Source: Candidatus Magasanikbacteria bacterium CG_4_10_14_0_2_um_filter_41_10 (lineage in GTDB: Bacteria; Patescibacteriota; Patescibacteriia; Magasanikbacterales; UBA922). From it: a DNA stretch of 64,000 nt. A model generated the notes under the pieces. That model ran no database searches, had not been told where the DNA came from, and saw only the letters and a program-made list of their open reading frames with translations. The DNA is taken from contig PFPJ01000055.1 in NCBI GenBank assembly GCA_002792995.1, forward strand, positions 293 to 64,292. Direction: 5' to 3'. Below, one piece after another: positions 1 through 8,868 of the stretch. Each line of letters starts with the position of its first letter. The stretch's first letter is position 1. A program made the translations under genes and the position numbers.

Positions 1-629
1 AATTCTTTTGCTTTTCCAGATTTTACTGAACTGACAAATTCATTTGTAAATTTTTCAGAGCTGACGTACAGAATACGTGTGGAAGAATTTCTTGCAATCA
101 TTTCATTGCCAATTGCTTGGAGCAAATGAGTTTTTCCAAGTCCTACTCCTCCATAGATAAAGAGCGGGTTGTAGGCTTCTCCAGGCCTATCTGCAACTGC
201 GCGTGCGGCAGCGTGTGCAAGTTCGTTTCCTTTTCCTACTATAAAAGTATCGAAAGAGTATTTTATATTGAGACCAAACTGAGCCCCAAGACTCATCTTT
301 GGATTTGAGTGAATTGGTGTTTCGGGGGTAGACACTGTTGGCACAGCCGAGAGTGTACATTCTTGTTCAGTGATGTTCTTTAGGTTTTCCACTCGGTATT
401 CTATTTTTTTGATTGGTTTCCCTGTAACTTTTTCTATGGTACTGATGATATCTTTGTGATATTTGTTTTCCAACCAACTTTTTGTGAAAGCATTTGGAAC
501 ACAAATAACCACATGACCAGTGTCATATTTTGCGATACCTGTATGTTTGAACCATGTTGTGAAGTTTGGTTTGGATACTTTAAGTTCAAAATCTGCAAGA
601 ACGGTCTGCCAAATTTCGTAATTTGTCAT
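1..629 (-). CDS. dnaA: Chromosomal replication initiator DnaA, N-terminal ~209 aa; the gene continues beyond the window edge
   Basis: Minus-strand translation from the ATG (complement of 627-629) reads [29 protein letters not shown]... and reaches the AAA+ Walker A motif [13 protein letters not shown]. No stop codon occurs before position 1. The ORF is absent from the ORF track because it is open-ended. Confidence 0.85.
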   Translation of the reverse strand, partial: MTNYEIWQTVLADFELKVSKPNFTTWFKHTGIAKYDTGHVVICVPNAFTKSWLENKYHKDIISTIEKVTGKPIKKIEYRVENLKNITEQECTLSAVPTVSTPETPIHSNPKMSLGAQFGLNIKYSFDTFIVGKGNELAHAAARAVADRPGEAYNPLFIYGGVGLGKTHLLQAIGNEMIARNSSTRILYVSSEKFTNEFVSSVKSGKAKE

Positions 630-730
630 AAAAAGTCGCTAAGAGTATGGTTGTTTGTCCAGTTTAGCACAGATACGTATTTGAAAAAATGGCTTAATAT
701 AAACAAAAAGTGCGTAACATGGGGAAAAGG

Positions 731-748
731 TGTGGATAGTGTGGATAT
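731..748. promoter_or_regulatory. Tandem DnaA-box-like 9-mers TGTGGATAG and TGTGGATAT (consensus TGTGGATAA) in the dnaA-rpmH intergenic region; candidate oriC element
   Basis: Read directly from the sequence at 731-748. The location between dnaA and rpmH is the classic origin position. A weaker box, TTATCAATA, lies near 888. Confidence 0.5.
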
Positions 749-820
749 GTACACAAGGAAATGTCTTATGTAATTGTATATATAGATACATAAAAAAAGC
801 TCAAAAGAAGTGTTTCCCTA

Positions 821-849
821 TTGACAGAACAAAGAAAATATCGTATTAT
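821..849 (+). promoter_or_regulatory. Sigma70-like promoter TTGACA-17-TATTAT upstream of rpmH
   Basis: TTGACA at 821-826 and TATTAT at 844-849, with a 17-nt spacer, about 50 nt before the rpmH ATG. Confidence 0.45.
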
Positions 850-901
850 TGTGAACATCTAATACAACATCCGAAAATCTGGATGATCCGTTATCAATAC
901 T

Positions 902-1078
902 ATGCCAAAACGAACATATCAACCAAAAAAACGTAAACGTGCGAAGACCCATGGGTTTCGATCACGTATGGAGGACAAAAATGGGCAAGATGTGCTCAGA
1001 CGCCGACGTGTGAAAGGAAGAAAAAAGCTCACGGTGAGCGATGAACGCACAGGAAAGCGTACAAAAAAGACACGATAA
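902..1078 (+). CDS. rpmH: 50S ribosomal protein L34 with a short basic C-terminal extension
   Basis: [45 protein letters not shown]... matches the L34 signature. It is shorter than the ORF-track cutoff, so it was found by eye. Confidence 0.85.
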   Translation: MPKRTYQPKKRKRAKTHGFRSRMEDKNGQDVLRRRRVKGRKKLTVSDERTGKRTKKTR

Positions 1079-1132
1079 TCCAACAAAAGACCCCAGAAAT
1101 GGGGTTTTCTGTTATACTATGGGTATCTCGCT

Positions 1133-1510
1133 ATGCTAAAGTCACAACATCGCCTTAGAAAAATGAAAGATATTGAGATTCTCTTCAAAGAGGGGCGTTT
1201 TGTTGGTGGGGATCTGGTTACTCTGAAGCTCTGGTGGGTCGATCCAGACAAGTACCCTCGCCGGAAATATACTAAAAATGACCTCAAAATTGGCTTTGTT
1301 GTGGGGAAAAAGGTAAGTAAGAGTGCGGTAAAACGTAATAAAATCAAACGCCAGATGCGAGAAGTGGTCCGATTGCTTCTAAAAGACGAAAAGTTGAAGG
1401 ATGGCGCCATGGTATCGGTGATTGCAAAGCCCTCTGCGCTCGGAGCCTCCTACGTAGACATTGAAACATCACTGCTAGATGTGTTTCGACGGGGCAAGCT
1501 ACTTGGGTAG
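1133..1510 (+). CDS. rnpA: Ribonuclease P protein component
   Basis: 125 aa, basic, with the RNR-type motif AVKRNKIKRQMRE. Its position directly after rpmH fits the conserved gene order. Confidence 0.85.
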   Translation: MLKSQHRLRKMKDIEILFKEGRFVGGDLVTLKLWWVDPDKYPRRKYTKNDLKIGFVVGKKVSKSAVKRNKIKRQMREVVRLLLKDEKLKDGAMVSVIAKPSALGASYVDIETSLLDVFRRGKLLG

Positions 1511-1528
1511 CGCACAGACAACAAAAAT

Positions 1529-1783
1529 ATGAATATACTTCGTTGGTCAAGAAAACCTGTGCTCTGGCTGATTCGCTTTTATCAGAAATTTCTTTCACCA
1601 GATCACAGTTTTTGGGCAAAAAAAAAGAATCCATACGGCTACTGTCAGTATTATCCGACATGTAGTGTGTATGGATACCAAGCGATAGAAAAATATGGGG
1701 TGATTCGTGGTGGGTTTAAAGCTGTGTGGCGAGTGCTCAGATGTAATCCGTGGAGTACAGGGGGCGTGGATGAAGTAGATTGA
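1529..1783 (+). CDS. yidD: Membrane protein insertion efficiency factor YidD
   Basis: CQYYPTCSVYGYQAI and RCNPWSTGGVD motifs. It sits in the rnpA-yidD position. Confidence 0.85.
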   Translation: MNILRWSRKPVLWLIRFYQKFLSPDHSFWAKKKNPYGYCQYYPTCSVYGYQAIEKYGVIRGGFKAVWRVLRCNPWSTGGVDEVD

Positions 1784-1807
1784 CAAATTTTATATTTTCT
1801 GTAAAGT

Positions 1808-1837
1808 GACCGTACCATTTGACGGTCTCTTTTTTTG
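1808..1837 (+). terminator. Rho-independent terminator after yidD
   Basis: Stem GACCGT...ACGGTC followed by TCTTTTTTTG. Confidence 0.5.
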
Positions 1838-1877
1838 TGCAGGTGCACGAGAGAGAAGCCCACACGGAGGAAGACTC

Positions 1878-2420
1878 ATGCTGAATCGCATTTCGTTTGC
1901 GCTGGTTCTGGTGCTCCTTGCTTCCTGCGGTTCTGCAGAACAGCAGGACACAGCTCACCCGATCCCTTCGGAGGACATGATGATCCTCGTCGGGCACGTG
2001 TACTGCCATCCCGTCCTTCGTCAGTGGTGCGAGACCACCCGTCCGTGTGAAGTGTCGTCATTCCCGGGCAACCTCGCGACCATTCTCGGTAGTGACGGCT
2101 CTGTCATGCTCGTCACGCCGGGGGGGAATCCGTTTCACTTTCAGCGGGGGGCGTTCAAGCTGCTGGATGGAACTTTCCAGGATGGCAACACTGAACGGGG
2201 GGTGTACCAGTGGATTCTTGCGGAGCAAGGAGAGTACCTCCTCGCAGCTGATCCCTGTGCTGCAAGGGTGTACATCGTGCATTTTCCTCTCCCCCCAGAG
2301 AAGACGTCTCAGGAAGGTGCCGCCTCACCTCTTGGTGGTTCCGAAGACTCGTCTGACGTTCCACTTCCTGCTGAGTGGGTGCCTGGCACGCTCGAGTGCT
2401 TCGACCCTGCGCGCGAATAG
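1878..2420 (+). CDS. GC-rich hypothetical lipoprotein; probable horizontally acquired insertion where yidC would be expected
   Basis: ATG at 1878 with a GGAGG RBS. The signal peptide MLNRISFALVLVLLASCG contains a lipobox. The ORF is about 60% GC against AT-rich flanks, and a GC-rich hairpin (CTCGCCCACTG...CAGTGGGCGAG) directly follows the stop codon. Confidence 0.55.
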   Translation: MLNRISFALVLVLLASCGSAEQQDTAHPIPSEDMMILVGHVYCHPVLRQWCETTRPCEVSSFPGNLATILGSDGSVMLVTPGGNPFHFQRGAFKLLDGTFQDGNTERGVYQWILAEQGEYLLAADPCAARVYIVHFPLPPEKTSQEGAASPLGGSEDSSDVPLPAEWVPGTLECFDPARE

Positions 2421-2562
2421 TCGCGTTCGTTCTCGCCCACTGCTAGCCTCGGCTGACAGTGGGCGAGGGCATGAATTCACATACACTCGAAAGAGTGTTT
2501 TTTTGTATAATTTGTGGAGTAAAAAATATGTGAGGCGTGGATGATGTAAAATAGACTCAACG

Positions 2563-3108
2563 TTAAAGTACGAAAACTGTTTTATTTTGAGGATCTGTCC
2601 ATTCTTCAAATACGGCGTTATCAACAATTGTCAGTACTATTTTTTGTATTGTTGCTGTTGCCAGTGAATCATCGTGTATCATGTTTTGTGCTTCACGAAA
2701 ATTTTCATCGGAAAGTCTTCTTCCTATTGTAATATGTGGAATGAAAGAAAGCTCAAATTCAGCATATTGTTTTGCGATGTGATCTCCATAGGTTGAAAAC
2801 GTTTTTGAAATTTCTTTTTGGAGTTTGAGAAGTTGTGTATTTTCTTCTGCACGAATCATAATAGACCACCCATTGTCTGTTTTTTTGGTAAAAATACCAT
2901 GAAACTGTAGGTGCATAGTCGTATAATTTTTACAGAGTTCTTTCAATTCTTTTTTTATGTGTGTTGTTGCTTCTTCTTGGCAGTATGTGTTTGTTTTCAA
3001 GCTGATATGCATAGGATATGGTTTGTCATACGTTTCTCGAAATATATCAATCCATCTTGGATAGAGATTTAAATCTACTTGGGCTGTAATATGAAATATT
3101 TTTTGCAT
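2563..3108 (-). CDS. 2H phosphoesterase superfamily protein (LigT / 2'-5' RNA ligase-like)
   Basis: Two H-x-T/S motifs (MHISLK, PHITIG) with the spacing typical of the 2H fold. The start was chosen at MQKIF (3108) to avoid overlap with the upstream yggU. Confidence 0.5.
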   Translation of the reverse strand: MQKIFHITAQVDLNLYPRWIDIFRETYDKPYPMHISLKTNTYCQEEATTHIKKELKELCKNYTTMHLQFHGIFTKKTDNGWSIMIRAEENTQLLKLQKEISKTFSTYGDHIAKQYAEFELSFIPHITIGRRLSDENFREAQNMIHDDSLATATIQKIVLTIVDNAVFEEWTDPQNKTVFVL

Positions 3109-3112
3109 ACTA

Positions 3113-3340
3113 TCACAGGTTAATTTCCACAAGTTTTATTTTATTTGTTTCCCCTTTTACAATTTTTATGTTACTTTTTGACACACCAAATTCCTTGCTG
3201 AGCAATTCAATAAGTTTTTTGTTTGCTTCGCCATCAACTGGCGGTGCTGTGAGTTTTACTTTGAGTGTCCCGTCTGGAAGTGTTCCGACGATTTCATTTC
3301 GTGAGGAACGTGGGAGGACTTTTATTGTGAGTGTTTTCAT
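3113..3340 (-). CDS. yggU: DUF167/YggU family protein
   Basis: 75 aa; ...KVKLTAPPVDGEANKKLIELLSKEFGVSKSNIKIVKGETNKIKLVEI matches the YggU pattern. Confidence 0.7.
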   Translation of the reverse strand: MKTLTIKVLPRSSRNEIVGTLPDGTLKVKLTAPPVDGEANKKLIELLSKEFGVSKSNIKIVKGETNKIKLVEINL

Positions 3341-3491
3341 AAGTACTTACGGATAACGGATAATTTTGATGTACGGATTCATGTAAATCAGTTGGAAGTG
3401 TGTTCCATTCTACAGTACCAATAAAAAAGAAAAAACGCTAGATATACAAAAAACACCGCCGTGTAGAAGGCAGTGTTTTCTTGATGTGCGT

Positions 3492-4784
3492 TTATTTTTT
3501 CTTCTCTTCCAGTACTTGCTCTTTCAACCACTCCATCACTTTTCTATTTTGCATACTTGTCGCAATTGTGTCACGCACTTCTGGTTTCTTCAGATTATCG
3601 AGGTATTCTTTTTTTGTTTTGTACATCTCTTCGAGCATCTTGATCTCTGCATCGATCTCTTCATCAGAAATGACAATGTTTTGTTCTACGGCTACTTGGC
3701 GAGATACCAGGGCTGCCTTCGCGCGCTTTTCTGCCTGTATTTTGAAATCATTGAAAAGTTCTTCTTCTGTTTTTTTGATATCAGAGAGATATTGTGAGAT
3801 TTCAATATGATTTTTTTCCAGATCTCGTTGCAATTCGTAGAACATCTTTTGTCGCTCAGCATCTATCAGTACTTCTGGAATTGGTGCAAAGGTCGTTTTT
3901 TCAATAATAGCATCCAACATTTCTATTTCTGCTTTTTGTGTCGTTTTTTGTGCTGCTTCATCCAGCATGTTTGTGTGAATGAGCGTTTTGAGTGCGTTGA
4001 TGCTATCTTGTCCGAGAGTTTTTGCAAGATCGTCAGAAAGTTCTGGCAATTGTCGTTCATATACATCTTTGACAGAAATTTTGAAATCAACTTTTTTGCC
4101 TGCAAGATGTTTTTGGTAGTGTGTTTTTGGAAAATCGAGAGAAAATTCTTTTGTATCTCCTTTTTTCAATCCGGCTACTTCTTTGTTGAATCCTGGAATG
4201 TAATGATCTTCTGAAAGATAGACTTGGTAGTCTTTTGATTGTCCGCCTTCGACAGGAACGTTGTCGATAAGCATATCCATATCGAGGACCAGTTTATCTG
4301 TCCCTGTTGCTTCTCCAGCCTTCACAATTTCTGTTGCGTGCATGCCTCGGAGTGCCTCGAGTGTTTCGTCAATCTTTTTTTCGTCGACAGTAGGTTCTTC
4401 TTTTTTTATGGTAATTTTTTTGATATCAGCGAGCTTTACACTTGGCATGAGTGCTACCACTGCCTTGTACTCGATATCGTTTCCTGGTGCGACTTTTTCG
4501 ACAGTAATTTTTGGCATGCCAATCGTTTCCAGTTTTTCTTCACGGATAGCTTCAAAAAACGTTTTTTTGACAATATCCTCCAACGCTTCTTGCATGATAG
4601 CCATTTCACCGAGTTCTTTTTTGACAATATCAAAAGGGGCTTTGCCTTTTCGGAAGCCTTTGATACTTGCTCGTTGTGAAAGACGGACCGCTGCTTTTTG
4701 GAGTGGTTCGCTATATGTGTTTGGTGTTACCGTGATTGTGAGTTCTACTTGTGAGTCTTTGAGGTCTTTTTTGGTATATGACAT
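3492..4784 (-). CDS. tig: Trigger factor
   Basis: 430 aa, with the trigger-factor N-terminal ribosome-binding region GFRKGKAP and overall architecture. Confidence 0.9.
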   Translation of the reverse strand: MSYTKKDLKDSQVELTITVTPNTYSEPLQKAAVRLSQRASIKGFRKGKAPFDIVKKELGEMAIMQEALEDIVKKTFFEAIREEKLETIGMPKITVEKVAPGNDIEYKAVVALMPSVKLADIKKITIKKEEPTVDEKKIDETLEALRGMHATEIVKAGEATGTDKLVLDMDMLIDNVPVEGGQSKDYQVYLSEDHYIPGFNKEVAGLKKGDTKEFSLDFPKTHYQKHLAGKKVDFKISVKDVYERQLPELSDDLAKTLGQDSINALKTLIHTNMLDEAAQKTTQKAEIEMLDAIIEKTTFAPIPEVLIDAERQKMFYELQRDLEKNHIEISQYLSDIKKTEEELFNDFKIQAEKRAKAALVSRQVAVEQNIVISDEEIDAEIKMLEEMYKTKKEYLDNLKKPEVRDTIATSMQNRKVMEWLKEQVLEEKKK

Positions 4785-4897
4785 AAGTGGATAGAAATAT
4801 GCGAAAACGGCTTATAATATAGCGAAAAAAAAGATATTCGTCAAGTCATCGGCATTGACTTTTTGGTCATTTTCGACCATACTCATAAGGCTATTTT

Positions 4898-6292
4898 ATG
4901 GACAAACATGTAAAAAAAGTCATTCTTTCTCTCCTCAGCATCGTTATGTTTTTGAAACGTATGCTTGTGGGATTTTTTCAATTGGTTGCAAAAGGATTTT
5001 CAAAAATTAATGAAAAGTATGAGCAGACCATAGGTCCTACGTTGTATCAGTGGGCCTATACCCTGCAAAAAAAATTGCGGTGGGTGTCCTTGTTAAAAAC
5101 AAGTGGACCTCTCGGTTTTTTTGGAAGACGGTCTGTGCTACAGATCGTCTTGTTTTTGATGCTTTTTGTTATCATGATACCGCAAACAAGGCTCTATAGT
5201 GCAGAAAAGATTTCAAATATGCCAGGACGAGCAACGCTTCTTTATACACTTGTTGGGTCTGGAGATCAGGATTTTAGTCCAGAAGATCTTATTGTAGAAC
5301 AAGCCCTTCCTCCGACCAGTGTTGCAGATCAAAATTGGCGTGATGGGTCAATAAGTGCAGATCAAACAGCATCTACAGGGAAAATACCTGTTCAACCTGA
5401 GGAAATTTCTTCAATTTCAGTAGGGGGTACGGCTGTGACCAAACCAAGTATTTTGCCAGGAAATCAACTTCCCGTACAGATTGATACCAATAAAACACAG
5501 ACGACTGGACGAAAGGATATTATTGAATATACCGTAGATTCTGGGGATACCATTGGTGCCATTGCAGAGGCGTTCCATATCAATGTGGAAACAATACTCT
5601 GGGCAAATAATCTTACAGCGCGTTCGTATATACGTCCAGGAGATACGTTGAAAATTATGCCAATCAATGGACTTGTGCATACCGTTTCTCGTGGAGATAC
5701 CGTATCTTCGTTGGCAAATACGTATGATACCGAAGCCAGCGAAATTATAGCTTTCAACGATCTCAAAAAAGATGGTTCAGATATTATTATAGGAGAAACA
5801 CTCATCATTCCAAATGGCACCAAGCCTGCTCCAAAGAGTACCTATACCGTGCCAGAGAGTCGTCCATATACACCACTCACCAATGTTGCTGCACCTCCTC
5901 CATCTGTTGCTGCACCCGCAGGATCTGGATACCTCTGGCCACTCGGCGCACATATCATCACACAATATTATGGTTTGCAACATACAGGAATTGATATTTC
6001 TGGTGGTGGAGTTGGTACACCTATCTATGCAGCAAAAGGAGGTACCGTAAAAGTATCACAGTGCGGATATAATGGTGGATATGGATGTTATATAATTCTC
6101 GATCACGGCGATGGTGTAAACACTCTCTATGGGCATGCTTCGAAGCTGTACGTGAGTGCGGGCGAAACAGTCACACAGGGGCAGACGATAGCTACGATGG
6201 GATCAACAGGACGTTCTACAGGACCTCATCTTCACTTTGAAGTGCGTATCAACGGTGTAAGAAGTAATCCATTGAAGTATATTCGATATTAA
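4898..6292 (+). CDS. Membrane-anchored M23 family metallopeptidase with two LysM domains
   Basis: N-terminal TM segment, two LysM repeats (TVDSGDTIGAIAEAF..., HTVSRGDTVSSLANTY...), and a C-terminal M23 core (HTGIDISGG...LYGHASKL...GPHLHFEV). Confidence 0.8.
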   Translation: MDKHVKKVILSLLSIVMFLKRMLVGFFQLVAKGFSKINEKYEQTIGPTLYQWAYTLQKKLRWVSLLKTSGPLGFFGRRSVLQIVLFLMLFVIMIPQTRLYSAEKISNMPGRATLLYTLVGSGDQDFSPEDLIVEQALPPTSVADQNWRDGSISADQTASTGKIPVQPEEISSISVGGTAVTKPSILPGNQLPVQIDTNKTQTTGRKDIIEYTVDSGDTIGAIAEAFHINVETILWANNLTARSYIRPGDTLKIMPINGLVHTVSRGDTVSSLANTYDTEASEIIAFNDLKKDGSDIIIGETLIIPNGTKPAPKSTYTVPESRPYTPLTNVAAPPPSVAAPAGSGYLWPLGAHIITQYYGLQHTGIDISGGGVGTPIYAAKGGTVKVSQCGYNGGYGCYIILDHGDGVNTLYGHASKLYVSAGETVTQGQTIATMGSTGRSTGPHLHFEVRINGVRSNPLKYIRY

Positions 6293-6309
6293 TAGAGATA
6301 ATTGAAGAA

Positions 6310-6340
6310 CAAAAAATCACCAATTATGGTGATTTTTTGT
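6310..6340. terminator. Bidirectional terminator hairpin between the convergent M23 peptidase and comM genes
   Basis: AAAAAATCACCAATTATGGTGATTTTTT. Confidence 0.5.
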
Positions 6341-6393
6341 TCTACCATTTTGACATCATGACTACTTACAAAGCTCTGACTCTCTGTCATCTT

Positions 6394-7917
6394 CTACGCA
6401 ACTTTACTCCGATACTGCAACGCTTCGGCCACATGTGGTGTTTCAATATGTTCATTGCCATCCAGATCTGCAATCGTTCTCGCCAATTTTAAAATGCGAT
6501 GATAACTTCTCGCTGATAAATGCAATTGTGTCACAGCTTGTTTCATCAGTTCAATAGATTGATCCTGCAACGTACAGTGTTCACGTATTTCTTTATTTTT
6601 CATATCCGTATTTGTCATGCAGTGTGTTCCGGCAAATCGTTTGTTTTGAATTTCTCTGGCTTTTTCAACGCGTGCGCGAATTGCATCAGATGACTCTGCC
6701 AGCGTATCATCCCGAAGTTTTTCAAATTCTACCCGTGGCACCTCTACATGAAGATCAATTCTGTCGAGCAGTGGGCCACTTATTTTTTTCTGATAATTTG
6801 CAATTTGCATAGGCGAGCATGAACAATTTTTATCAGGATCGGTGGCAAATCCGCACGGACATGGATTTTGACTCGCAACGAGGGTGAATCGTGCAGGGAA
6901 TGTAATCGTCCCTTGCGCACGGGAAATGGTGACAACACCATCTTCGAGTGGTTGGCGGAGATTTTCGAGTACTTGCCGAGGGAATTCTGGAAATTCGTCG
7001 AGAAAAAGCACACCACGATGTGCCAGAGATATTTCTCCTGGCCGAGGGAATTTTCCTCCGCCGACGAGTGCTACTCCAGATGCACTGTGATGTGGCGCGC
7101 GAAATGGGCGCTCTGTGACGAGTGGACGATCAATGGGAAGCAATCCTGCAACCGAGTAGATCTTTGTTGCATCGATTGCTTCTTCTACCGTCAATCTTGG
7201 TAAAATTGAAGGCATGGTTCGAGCGAGCAGTGTTTTGCCAGATCCCGGTGGGCCAGAGAGTAGAATGTTGTGTCCACCGGCAGCTGCAATTTCCATGGCG
7301 CGTTTTACGAAGTCTTGTCCTTTTACATACGCCATGTCCATTTCATAATCAGTTTCTTGAATCCATTCATGAACTGGTGATCCTCGAAAAGGAGGAATTT
7401 TTTGTTTGTCTGTAATATGTGCAAGCACCTGTCTAAATGTATCTGCCGGCAAGATTTGGATATCCTGAATCAGACTTGCTTCATGTGCATTCACGGCAGG
7501 AACAAACAAGTCAGTATAGCCATGATCCCGTGCAAAAATAGCGAGTGGCAAAATGCCATTTGTATGGCGGAGACCGCCATCGAGTGCAAGTTCACCGACA
7601 AACAGTGCTTTTGACAGATCTATGTCTTCTCGCTTTTCTGTGGCAACATACATTCCCACTGCCATCGGCAAGTCATACATGCTTCCTTCTTTGCGAACAT
7701 CTGCTGGTGCAAGATTGATGACAATACGACCGTTGTTTGGAAATTGTAAATTTGTATTTTTCCATGCGGTTCGGATGCGTTCTTTTGCTTCTTGAATGGC
7801 TGTATCTGGGAGACCAACAATATTGTATCCAGGCCATGATCCTGCGATGTCCACTTCGACAGTCACAGGCGTGCAGTCGAGTCCTAGGACTGCTGCAGAA
7901 TGAATTTTTGTAAACAT
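6394..7917 (-). CDS. comM: YifB/ComM family Mg-chelatase-like AAA+ ATPase
   Basis: 507 aa; N-terminal Lon-protease-like domain, Walker A GPPGSGKT, and a C-terminal ComM region. Confidence 0.85.
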   Translation of the reverse strand: MFTKIHSAAVLGLDCTPVTVEVDIAGSWPGYNIVGLPDTAIQEAKERIRTAWKNTNLQFPNNGRIVINLAPADVRKEGSMYDLPMAVGMYVATEKREDIDLSKALFVGELALDGGLRHTNGILPLAIFARDHGYTDLFVPAVNAHEASLIQDIQILPADTFRQVLAHITDKQKIPPFRGSPVHEWIQETDYEMDMAYVKGQDFVKRAMEIAAAGGHNILLSGPPGSGKTLLARTMPSILPRLTVEEAIDATKIYSVAGLLPIDRPLVTERPFRAPHHSASGVALVGGGKFPRPGEISLAHRGVLFLDEFPEFPRQVLENLRQPLEDGVVTISRAQGTITFPARFTLVASQNPCPCGFATDPDKNCSCSPMQIANYQKKISGPLLDRIDLHVEVPRVEFEKLRDDTLAESSDAIRARVEKAREIQNKRFAGTHCMTNTDMKNKEIREHCTLQDQSIELMKQAVTQLHLSARSYHRILKLARTIADLDGNEHIETPHVAEALQYRSKVA

Positions 7918-7956
7918 ACCCTCCTTATCTTAAAAAATGATACAAAAAGTATAGCA

Positions 7957-8044
7957 CAAAAAAATATCACTAGTGTGATATGTATGTTGAAGAGTGATGT
8001 CGAGGACCCCACATGTCACCGAGGTGGTGGACATGCGGGGTACC
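7957..8044 (-). repeat. 3' boundary module of the GC-rich gene 8058-8669: GC-rich hairpin, CTCTTCAAC, then AT-hairpin terminator (minus-strand sense)
   Basis: GC hairpin CCCCACATGTC...GACATGCGGGG at 8005-8044, forward GTTGAAG at 7986-7992, and AT hairpin ATATCAC-TAGT-GTGATAT at 7964-7981 with an A-run (T-run on the minus strand). The element order is the same as in the modules at 43421-43528 and 44511-44626. Confidence 0.45.
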
Positions 8045-8057
8045 TCTGTCATGGTGA

Positions 8058-8669
8058 TCAGATCTTGGCGGCTCGTCGCGCACGTTCGATGGACGTGCTG
8101 TACGAGGCGTTCTCGATCAGATCAGCAAGAAGACGCGTGTACCTGTCGACCAGCCCTGGTCGTTTCCGCGAATCTGCATCCGCGATCCAGGTGAGGACCT
8201 TCAGGACGGCTCGCTCTGCGTTGACGAAGTGCACGATGCACTTCAAGATGGCGGACGCAATGGCCCGCGTGCTTGACGCGTCACTTGCGCTGAAGACGAA
8301 CCTACGCCCCAAGTTGTTTTCGAAGACGAACGTCGCGGGCAATGGCTCCGCGAGGTTGCTTTGCCTCCGCTTTTCGGGCATCTGGACATCTCCCGTGAAG
8401 GAGATCGGGTAGATGTAGTTGAGTGAAGGATGTTCCTCCCCGAACTTGCTCTTGAGGGCTTCGAAGATCGTGAGCGCCGCGCCTTCTCCACTTCCCGTCA
8501 CTGTCACTGAGGTCAAGGTGCGGACTTCCTTGATCTCGCACGTGATGTTGGTGACCTTTCCCTCTTCCGTCGTCAAGTCTTCCGTGAGAAGACGCATGAC
8601 GCCGTACTCGACGTAGTCATCTCCCATCGTGTCAACGACGAGGCGTTCCAGCTCGTCTTGTGTCAACAT
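8058..8669 (-). CDS. GC-rich hypothetical protein (~203 aa); probable horizontally acquired singleton
   Basis: Start chosen at MLTQDELERL (8669), downstream of the rmuC terminator. About 57% GC; the product has no family I recognise. All other ORFs called across 7900-8790 are shadow ORFs of this gene. Confidence 0.5.
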   Translation of the reverse strand: MLTQDELERLVVDTMGDDYVEYGVMRLLTEDLTTEEGKVTNITCEIKEVRTLTSVTVTGSGEGAALTIFEALKSKFGEEHPSLNYIYPISFTGDVQMPEKRRQSNLAEPLPATFVFENNLGRRFVFSASDASSTRAIASAILKCIVHFVNAERAVLKVLTWIADADSRKRPGLVDRYTRLLADLIENASYSTSIERARRAAKI

Positions 8670-8769
8670 GACTGCCCCTTTTGGTGTGTGGGTTGTGGTT
8701 TGAGCATAGGCAGAATATTTTTTGTGTAAAAATACTTTGTCCACACCCAAACACACTTTTTTTCTCAAT

Positions 8770-8800
8770 AAGAAAGAAAAAACCACCGTTCTGGTGGTTT
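8770..8800 (-). terminator. Rho-independent terminator of rmuC
   Basis: Minus strand reads AAACCACCAGAACGGTGGTTT followed by TTTTCTTTCT. Confidence 0.5.
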
Positions 8801-8868
8801 ACCTTTACCCACTGCAGAATACAGTAAGTGAAAAAAGGATTTTTGTCAATATGTGAGGGAAAATTTGA

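Noticed and set aside
7900-8616. Multiple overlapping ORFs in the GC-rich segment (7900-8412 +, 7994-8194 +, 8243-8491 -, 8302-8541 -, 8419-8616 +)
   Set aside because: These are shadow ORFs, which GC-rich DNA generates in all frames. Only the 8058-8669 minus frame has a plausible RBS, a terminator and coherent protein-like composition.
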